NCBI GenBank assembly: GCA_020851955.1 | Contig: JADZBU010000292.1 | Coordinates: forward strand, 1,704 to 65,703 | DNA: 64,000 bases | DNA from: Chromatiaceae bacterium | GTDB taxonomy: Bacteria > Pseudomonadota > Gammaproteobacteria > Chromatiales > Chromatiaceae | Reading direction: 5' to 3' | Shown: in pieces, positions 56,078 through 64,000 of the stretch | How positions within the stretch are numbered: position 1 is the first letter of the stretch | Layout of the letters: every line of letters starts with the position of its first letter | Made by a program: the position numbers and the translations under genes | Notes under the pieces: generated by a model | What the model saw: only the letters and a program-made list of their open reading frames with translations | Database searches by the model: none | Told to the model about the DNA's origin: nothing

Positions 56078-56411
56078 CGATTTGGCGCAGGCTGGGCGTG
56101 ATGACCAGATCCATGTCCTCCATGGGTATGGCTCCCAGCAAGGGCTCGTCCCCCATCACCATGGCACCCGTGAAGCAGCGCCGATTCTTGAAATGAATCT
56201 CCACCGGACCCGCATAGGAGACCGTGACATGATGGCCATTGGCCAGAGTGACTTCCCGTTTCTCCAACTCCTTGAGATCGAGCTGAATGGCCAGGTGCTC
56301 GGGCAGGCACAGATGGAGCGCGCCGGTGTCGATGAGCGCCAGGGATTTCACGGGCTGCAAGGCGCGATTCGCGGGATTGGAAAACTCGAATTCAGCGCGG
56401 ATGATGCCCAT
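56031..56411 (-). CDS. Small retropepsin-like (clan AA) aspartic protease
   Basis: 126 aa with LIDTGALHL (the D-T-G active-site triad context) and a later GAIPMEDM flap-like region. The size fits a homodimeric single-lobe enzyme. Confidence 0.55.
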   Translation of the reverse strand: MGIIRAEFEFSNPANRALQPVKSLALIDTGALHLCLPEHLAIQLDLKELEKREVTLANGHHVTVSYAGPVEIHFKNRRCFTGAMVMGDEPLLGAIPMEDMDLVITPSLRQIDVNPASPNIAMSLAK

Positions 56412-56540
56412 GATCTCTCCTGAAAGGAATGACGAACGCGGCTGACTGATGGCCCTTGCCAGGGGTTTGGCATCGGGCCACCCGGGTCGCGTTCGACCCC
56501 GCGATGCCGACCGCAGGGCGCGACCGGGCGGACACCACGA

Positions 56541-58107
<1,567 letters not shown>

Positions 58108-58108
58108 G

Positions 58109-59827
58109 TCAGGCGAGCTCCCTTTCCGGCGAGAGGTGCATCTCGTGATGACCCTTGCCCGCCTCGATCATGGGGTAAACGTTCTCGGCGGGATCGACCA
58201 CGATATCCATGAAGACAAAGCGATCCTTCATGGCGAAGGCCTCGCGCATGGCGCCTTCCAGGTCTCCCGGCTGTTCCACCCGCATACCCACGTGGCCAAA
58301 GCTCTCGCTGAGCTTGACGAAATCCGGCAGGGCATCGACGTAGGAGTGGGAGTAGCGGCTCTCGTAGAAGAACTCCTGCCACTGGCGCACCATGCCCATG
58401 TAGCCGTTGTTGAGCAGGATGACCTTGATGGGCAGGTCATACTGCTTGCAGGTCGCCATCTCCTGGATACACATGAGGATGCTGGCCTCGCCGGAGACGC
58501 AGGCCACGGTGGCGTCGGGGAACGCCAGCTGGACGCCCATGGCCGCCGGCAGGCCGAAGCCCATGGTGCCCAGGCCGCCGGAGTTGATCCAGCGCCGCGG
58601 CTCGTCGAAGGGGTAGAACTGGGCGGCGAACATCTGGTGCTGGCCCACGTCGGAGGTCAGGTAGAGACCGCCCTCCGTGACCTTGTAGAGGGTCTCGACG
58701 GCGAACTGGGGCTTGATGAGGGGGCTGTGGCGATCGTAGGCCAGACATTTGACCCCGCGCCACTCCTCGATCTGCCGCCACCATTCCGCCAGGGCCACCG
58801 GGTCCGGTCCCTGCTTGTGCTCCTTGAGCAGGCGCGCCATGTCGGCCAGCACGCTGCCCACCGGACCGACGATGGGAATGTCCACCCGCACGTTCTTAGA
58901 GATGGACGAGGGGTCCACGTCCAGGTGAATGATGGTGGCGTGGGGGCAGAATTGCTCGATCTTGCCGGTGACGCGGTCGTCGAAGCGGGCGCCGATGGCG
59001 AAGAGGACATCCGTCTCGTGCATCGCCATGTTGGCTTCGTAGGTGCCGTGCATGCCGAGCATGCCCAGGAACCTGGGGTCCGTCATGGGGAAGGCCCCCA
59101 GCCCCATGAGGGTGCTGGTGATGGGGAAACCCGTCTTCTCGACCAGATCGCGCAGGGCCTGGGAGGCCTCGCCCAGGATGACGCCGCCACCCGTATAGAG
59201 CACCGGCCGCTTGGCCTGGAGCAGGACGTCCACCGCCTTCTTGATCTGCCCCGGGTGCCCCTTCAGCGCGGGGCTGTAGGAGCGCATCTTGATGTCCTTG
59301 GGGTAGTGGTAGGGGATCTTGATCTTGGGGTCGGTGACATCCTTGGGGATATCCACGAGCACCGGCCCCGGCCGGCCCGACATCGCAATGTAGAAGGCCT
59401 TGCGGATGGTCAGCGCCAGGTCGTGCACATCCTTGACCAGGTAGTTGTGCTTGACGCAGGGGCGGGTGATGCCGACCGTGTCCACCTCCTGGAAGGCGTC
59501 ACTGCCGATCACGGGGGTCGGCACCTGCCCGGACAGGATCACCATGGGGATGGAGTCCATGAAGGCGGTGGCGATACCGGTGACGGCATTGGTGGCACCG
59601 GGCCCCGAAGTGACCAGGGCGACGCCACAGCGACCGGTGGCGCGGGCGTAGCCATCCGCGCCATGGGTGGCGGCCTGCTCGTGACGGACCAGGATGTGCT
59701 TGACCTTGTCCTGCTTGAACAAGGCATCGTAGGTATGCAGGACGGCGCCCCCGGGATACCCGAAGACATACTCCACGCCCTCATCGATCAGCGCCTGAAC
59801 GATGATCTCGGCTCCACTCAGTTCCAA
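58109..59827 (-). CDS. ilvI: Acetolactate synthase large subunit
   Basis: 572 aa with the ThDP-enzyme motifs GYPGGAVL and GGLGTMGFGLPAAMG...NNGYMGMV. Confidence 0.95.
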   Translation of the reverse strand: MELSGAEIIVQALIDEGVEYVFGYPGGAVLHTYDALFKQDKVKHILVRHEQAATHGADGYARATGRCGVALVTSGPGATNAVTGIATAFMDSIPMVILSGQVPTPVIGSDAFQEVDTVGITRPCVKHNYLVKDVHDLALTIRKAFYIAMSGRPGPVLVDIPKDVTDPKIKIPYHYPKDIKMRSYSPALKGHPGQIKKAVDVLLQAKRPVLYTGGGVILGEASQALRDLVEKTGFPITSTLMGLGAFPMTDPRFLGMLGMHGTYEANMAMHETDVLFAIGARFDDRVTGKIEQFCPHATIIHLDVDPSSISKNVRVDIPIVGPVGSVLADMARLLKEHKQGPDPVALAEWWRQIEEWRGVKCLAYDRHSPLIKPQFAVETLYKVTEGGLYLTSDVGQHQMFAAQFYPFDEPRRWINSGGLGTMGFGLPAAMGVQLAFPDATVACVSGEASILMCIQEMATCKQYDLPIKVILLNNGYMGMVRQWQEFFYESRYSHSYVDALPDFVKLSESFGHVGMRVEQPGDLEGAMREAFAMKDRFVFMDIVVDPAENVYPMIEAGKGHHEMHLSPERELA

Positions 59828-60079
59828 TTCAACTAACCTCCATCTGTATGACCACCCCGGGTCGGCCCTTTGCCGGCCTGTTGCCGGGTCCGCGCGGCGA
59901 GACAGAAAAGTGGGAGATGTATAAAGGGTCGAAAAGCTACAGGATAGGACCGGGATCGGTCAAGGACGGCGTGTCGCAGGGCGGCCTGTCAATCCGCAAA
60001 AACCCGGTTCGGGCCGGCGGGGCTTGTCCCGCTGGGGGCGGCTCCCTACAATGAATCTCTTTTTCGCCGGGCCCCTCCC

Positions 60080-61807
60080 ATGCGCACATCTCGGTTCCCC
60101 CTCCAGACCCTCAAGGAGACCCCCGCGGACGCGGAGGTGGTCAGTCACCGCCTGATGCTGCGGGCGGGCATGATCCGCAAGCTGGCGGCGGGCCTCTATA
60201 CCTGGCTACCCCTGGGACTGCGGGTCCTGCGCAAGGTGGAGCGGATCGTCCGGGAGGAGATGGACCGGGCCGGGGCCCTGGAGGTCCTGATGCCGGCGGT
60301 GCAGCCGGCGGAGCTATGGCAGGAGTCCGGGCGCTGGGAGCAGTACGGTCCCGAGCTGTTGCGCATCAAGGATCGCCACCAGCGGGAATTCTGCTTCGGC
60401 CCCACCCACGAGGAGATCATCACCGACCTGGCGCGCCGGGAACTGCGCAGCTACAAGCAGTTGCCGGTGAACTACTACCAGATCCAGACCAAGTTCCGCG
60501 ACGAGATCCGGCCCCGCTTCGGAGTCATGCGGGCGCGGGAGTTCCTGATGAAGGACGCCTACTCCTTCCACCTGGACCGCGACTCCCTGGCCGAGACCTA
60601 CCAGGTGATGCACGCTACCTACAGCCGTATCTTCCAGCGCTGCGGCCTGGATTTCCGCCCCGTCCAGGCGGATACGGGCGCCATCGGCGGGCGGGCCTCC
60701 CATGAGTTTCATGTCCTGGCGGAGGCCGGCGAGGACGCCATCGCCTTCTCCACGGTGAGCGACTATGCCGCCAACATCGAGTTGGCGGAGGCCCTGCCCC
60801 TGGCGGCCAGCCTGCCGGCGCCCACCCAGGACAAGCGCCTGATCCCCACCCCGGGGGCCAGGACCATCCAGGAACTGGTGGACCAGTTCGACCAGCCCAT
60901 CGCCCACACGGTCAAGACCCTGGTGGTGGCCGCGGCCGAGGGCAGCGGCGCCCCACTGGTGGCCCTGCTGGTGCGGGGCGATCACGAGCTCAACCCCGTC
61001 AAGGCCGAAAAGCTGCCCCAAGTGGCCGTGCCCCTGCGCATGGCGACGGAAGAGGAGATCCGCGCCACCCTGGGCGCTGGCCCCGGCTCCCTGGGGCCCC
61101 TGGGCCTGACGATCCCCTGCGTGGTCGATCGCACCGTGGCGGTCACCGCCGATTTCAGCGCCGGGGCCAACCAGGACGGCCATCACTGGTTCGGCCTCAA
61201 CTGGGGGCGCGACCTGCCCCTGCCGGAGGTGGCGGACCTGCGCAGTGTCGTCGAGGGTGACCCCAGCCCGGACGGCCAGGGCCAGATCACCATCGCCCGC
61301 GGCATCGAGGTCGGACATATCTTCCAGCTGGGACAGAAGTACAGCGCGGCCCTCAAGGCCACCGTCCTGGACGAGGGCGGCCGCGCCCTGACCCTGGAGA
61401 TGGGCTGCTACGGCATCGGCGTGTCGCGGGTGGTGGCCGCCGCCATCGAGCAACACCACGACGAGCGAGGCATCATCTGGCCAGAGCCCATCGCCCCCTT
61501 CCAGGTGGCCCTGCTGCCCATGAAGCTCGCCAAATCCTACCGGGTGCGGGAGGCCACCGAGGCCCTCTACCAGGAACTGACCGCCGCCGGCATCGAGGTC
61601 CTCCTCGACGACCGGGACGAACGCCCCGGCTTCATGTTCGCGGACATGGAACTCATCGGCATCCCCCATCGCCTGGTCGTCGGCGACAAGGGGCTGGACC
61701 AGGGTCTGCTGGAATACAAGGGTCGCCGGGACGCGGAGATGACCCTGGTGCCCATCGGCGAGGTCCTGGGCTTCCTGCGCGAACGCCTCGCGCTGGCCGC
61801 GGCCTGA
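60080..61807 (+). CDS. proS: Proline--tRNA ligase (bacterial type with INS editing domain)
   Basis: 575 aa with [30 protein letters not shown] and the class II motifs [17 protein letters not shown] and GCYGIGVSR. Confidence 0.95.
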   Translation: MRTSRFPLQTLKETPADAEVVSHRLMLRAGMIRKLAAGLYTWLPLGLRVLRKVERIVREEMDRAGALEVLMPAVQPAELWQESGRWEQYGPELLRIKDRHQREFCFGPTHEEIITDLARRELRSYKQLPVNYYQIQTKFRDEIRPRFGVMRAREFLMKDAYSFHLDRDSLAETYQVMHATYSRIFQRCGLDFRPVQADTGAIGGRASHEFHVLAEAGEDAIAFSTVSDYAANIELAEALPLAASLPAPTQDKRLIPTPGARTIQELVDQFDQPIAHTVKTLVVAAAEGSGAPLVALLVRGDHELNPVKAEKLPQVAVPLRMATEEEIRATLGAGPGSLGPLGLTIPCVVDRTVAVTADFSAGANQDGHHWFGLNWGRDLPLPEVADLRSVVEGDPSPDGQGQITIARGIEVGHIFQLGQKYSAALKATVLDEGGRALTLEMGCYGIGVSRVVAAAIEQHHDERGIIWPEPIAPFQVALLPMKLAKSYRVREATEALYQELTAAGIEVLLDDRDERPGFMFADMELIGIPHRLVVGDKGLDQGLLEYKGRRDAEMTLVPIGEVLGFLRERLALAAA

Positions 61808-61943
61808 CCCGCGACGGTCTTCGTCAGGACCGCCGCCCCGGGCCAGACGGACCCGAGAGGCCTCCTTAATTCTCGCCCCCATCCAATCCTCACCCGACCG
61901 CCCTCACCCGCCAGGGAGCGGCATAACCCAGGAAATCCTTGCC

Positions 61944-62456
61944 ATGCGACAGGAAGCCTTCAGCTACGACCAGCTACTGCAATGCGGTCGCGGTGAAATG
62001 TTTGGCCCGGGCAATGCCCAACTGCCGACGCCCAACATGCTCATGGTGGACCGCATCGTCAAGATCAGTGATGAGGGCGGTACCTTTGGCAAGGGCGAGA
62101 TCCTCGCCGAACTGGATATCCATCCGGATCTCTGGTTTTTTGGCTGCCACTTTCCCGGCGACCCGGTCATGCCGGGCTGCCTGGGCCTGGACGCCACCTG
62201 GCAATTGGTGGGTTTCTTTTTGGGCTGGATCGGGAACCCCGGCCGGGGCCGCGCCCTGGGGGTCGGCGAGGTCAAGTTCACGGGCCAGGTGTTGCCCACG
62301 GCCCAGAAAGTCACCTATCAGATTGATATGAAACGCATCATCAGCCGCAAGCTGGTCCTCGGCATCGCCGATGGCAGCGTCAAGGTGGACGGCCGGGAGA
62401 TCTACACCATGAAGGACCTTCGGGTGGGGCTCTTCACCTCCACCGAAGGCTTTTAG
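61944..62456 (+). CDS. fabA: 3-hydroxydecanoyl-ACP dehydratase/isomerase
   Basis: 170 aa with [21 protein letters not shown], the active-site His context. Confidence 0.9.
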   Translation: MRQEAFSYDQLLQCGRGEMFGPGNAQLPTPNMLMVDRIVKISDEGGTFGKGEILAELDIHPDLWFFGCHFPGDPVMPGCLGLDATWQLVGFFLGWIGNPGRGRALGVGEVKFTGQVLPTAQKVTYQIDMKRIISRKLVLGIADGSVKVDGREIYTMKDLRVGLFTSTEGF

Positions 62457-62464
62457 GGGGGCTG

Positions 62465-63214
62465 TCAGCCCTTTTTCTCGCCCAGCATGGTCGCGAGGCG
62501 CTTGGGGGGGACATAGCCGGGCACCATTTCGCCGCTTTCCAGGATGATGGCGGGGGTGCCGGAGACGCCCAGCTTTTCGCCCAGCTCCATCTGCTCCTTG
62601 ACCGGGTTATCGCACTTCTTGTCCGGGATACTCTTGCCGGCCTTGGCGTCCGTGAGGGCGGCCTTGCGATCATCGGCGCACCAGACGGAGATGGCTTTGT
62701 CGAAGGAGGGAGTGCCCACCCCGGAGCGGGGGAAGAAGAGGTAGCGGACCTTGATGCCCTCGGCGAGATAGCCATCGATCTCGCCATGCAGCTTGCGGCA
62801 GTAGCCGCAGTCGATGTCCGTGAAGACGGTGATAGTGTGCTCGGCCTTGCCCGGGGGCGAGAAGATGATCATCTTGTCCTCGCCCAGCTTGTTGACGGCG
62901 GCCACCCGCTCCTTGGCCTCCTGCTTGCGGGCCTCCGCCAGCCGCGGCGAGGTCTCCGTCAGGTCCTCCTTACTGACCAGGTCGATCATGCGGCCCTGGA
63001 CCATGTAACGGCCGTCCTTGCTGACGTAGATGACGTCGGAACCCACCAGCACCTCGAAGAGACCCGGCACCGGCGTCTCGTGGACGCTCCCAACCTCGTA
63101 CTCCGGCAGTATCTTGGCCAGGCTCTTCTTGATGGCGGTGGCATCCGCCAGGGCCTGAGCCGAGACCAGGGCCAGCACGGCGCCCGCAAGCCCTATCTTG
63201 ATCTTCACATTCAT
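62465..63214 (-). CDS. dsbC: Periplasmic thiol:disulfide interchange protein DsbC
   Basis: Signal peptide, a dimerisation domain and a thioredoxin fold with FTDIDCGYCRKLH (CGYC). Confidence 0.85.
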   Translation of the reverse strand: MNVKIKIGLAGAVLALVSAQALADATAIKKSLAKILPEYEVGSVHETPVPGLFEVLVGSDVIYVSKDGRYMVQGRMIDLVSKEDLTETSPRLAEARKQEAKERVAAVNKLGEDKMIIFSPPGKAEHTITVFTDIDCGYCRKLHGEIDGYLAEGIKVRYLFFPRSGVGTPSFDKAISVWCADDRKAALTDAKAGKSIPDKKCDNPVKEQMELGEKLGVSGTPAIILESGEMVPGYVPPKRLATMLGEKKG

Positions 63215-63224
63215 GGGTTAACCT

Positions 63225-63707
63225 CTAATCTCTGAAATTGGTGAATTTGAGGGGCAAGCCCCAATCGCCCTCGCGCAGATGCGCGATAGCCTCCTGCAGG
63301 TCGTCTCGATTCTTACCCGACACCCGTAACTGCTCGCCCTGAATCTGGGCCTGGACCTTGAGCTTGGCCGCCTTGAGGGCCTTGATCATGCTCTTGGCCG
63401 TCTCGGTATCGATCCCTTGCTTGAGGCCCACCTCCTGACGCGCCGCGCTCAGGCTGGTGGTGGAGTCCTTGATATCCAGGCTGCCGATGTCGACTCCGCG
63501 TTTGACCAGCTTCTGACGCAAAATATCCATCATCTGCCGCAACTGGAAATCCCGCTCCGAGGCCAGCTTGATGACATCGCCGGCCAACTCGAAGCTCGCC
63601 GTGATGCCCTTGAAGTCGAACCGGGTCCCCACCTCGCGGTTGGCCTGGTCCACCGCATTGCGGACCTCCTGCAGGTCCACCTCCGAAACCACGTCGAAAG
63701 ACGGCAT
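63225..63707 (-). CDS. yajQ: YajQ-family nucleotide-binding protein
   Basis: 160 aa, MPSFDVVSEVDLQEVRNAVDQANREVGTRFDFKG, the canonical YajQ/UPF0234 sequence. Confidence 0.85.
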   Translation of the reverse strand: MPSFDVVSEVDLQEVRNAVDQANREVGTRFDFKGITASFELAGDVIKLASERDFQLRQMMDILRQKLVKRGVDIGSLDIKDSTTSLSAARQEVGLKQGIDTETAKSMIKALKAAKLKVQAQIQGEQLRVSGKNRDDLQEAIAHLREGDWGLPLKFTNFRD

Positions 63708-63777
63708 CGATCTTGTCTCCCCTAGCCGGCTGCTGAAGGCTGGCTACATTAGAGCAAGGCTTGCGGCAATGCCAGTC

Positions 63778-64000
63778 CTAGCCCCGCGGATGGTGCTTGG
63801 CGTGGAGCTGCTTGAGCCGCTCCCGGGCGACGTGGGTATAGATCTGGGTGGTGGAGAGGTCGCTGTGGCCGAGCAGCATCTGCACCACCCGCAGGTCGGC
63901 GCCGTGATTGAGCAGATGGGTGGCGAAGGCGTGACGCAGGGTGTGGGGCGACAGCTCCTTCTGGATGCCAGCGGCGAGGGCGTGGCGCTTGATAAGTTGC
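63778..64000 (-). CDS. xerD: Tyrosine recombinase XerD, 3' part only (continues beyond the window)
   Basis: The reverse translation ends ...[58 protein letters not shown]. It is adjacent to dsbC, as in many gammaproteobacteria. Confidence 0.8.
   Translation of the reverse strand, partial: QLIKRHALAAGIQKELSPHTLRHAFATHLLNHGADLRVVQMLLGHSDLSTTQIYTHVARERLKQLHAKHHPRG

Noticed and set aside
63778-64000. Tyrosine recombinase at the window edge as a possible island or phage integrase.
   Set aside because: The C-terminal sequence is canonical XerD, and it sits next to dsbC, the usual housekeeping arrangement. No att-like repeats or phage genes are adjacent.

Overview
High-GC proteobacterial chromosome segment. 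The mix of housekeeping genes and a HoxEFUYH-W hydrogenase suggests a gammaproteobacterial or purple-sulfur-like host, but that is only a guess. The conserved backbone is at both ends. At the left end: a serine hydrolase, tRNA-Glu and tRNA-Ala, htpX, ppdK, valS, hoxEFUYHW, two tandem secreted trypsin-like proteases and hrpA. At the right end: ilvIHC, proS, fabA, dsbC, yajQ and xerD. Between hrpA and ilvC (about 22.1-56.4 kb) lies a large, compositionally mosaic cell-surface polysaccharide super-locus. It has five parts. (i) A TacA/TacT-type toxin-antitoxin pair next to a diverged hrpA fragment. (ii) An ABC-transporter-dependent O-polysaccharide cluster: two gmd paralogs, wzm, wzt with a C-terminal extension, a WbdD-like terminating methyltransferase, a three-module GT4 polymerase, and FkbM methyltransferases on both flanks. 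The methyltransferase coiled coil carries eight 42-bp tandem repeats. (iii) A visibly AT-rich block with a GT-C-like membrane protein, followed by remnants of three different IS families. (iv) An eight-gene translationally coupled operon that looks like an undescribed Arn/Gtr-type undecaprenyl-phosphate amino-sugar modification pathway. It encodes a SAM methyltransferase, an ArnC/GtrB-like GT2, a Gfo/Idh/MocA oxidoreductase, an FkbM methyltransferase, an ATP-grasp ligase, a GtrA-like protein and a WecE-like aminotransferase. (v) A second GT2/DUF2304/GT4 set with polytopic membrane proteins and a small retropepsin-like protease. Other points of interest are G10 homopolymer tracts inside two methyltransferase genes (possible phase variation), a GC-rich palindromic repeat sitting in frame in hrpA and at the 5' end of hoxY, decayed gene copies and a truncated HigB toxin. 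All calls come from reading the ORF translations and the DNA by eye; no database search was run.
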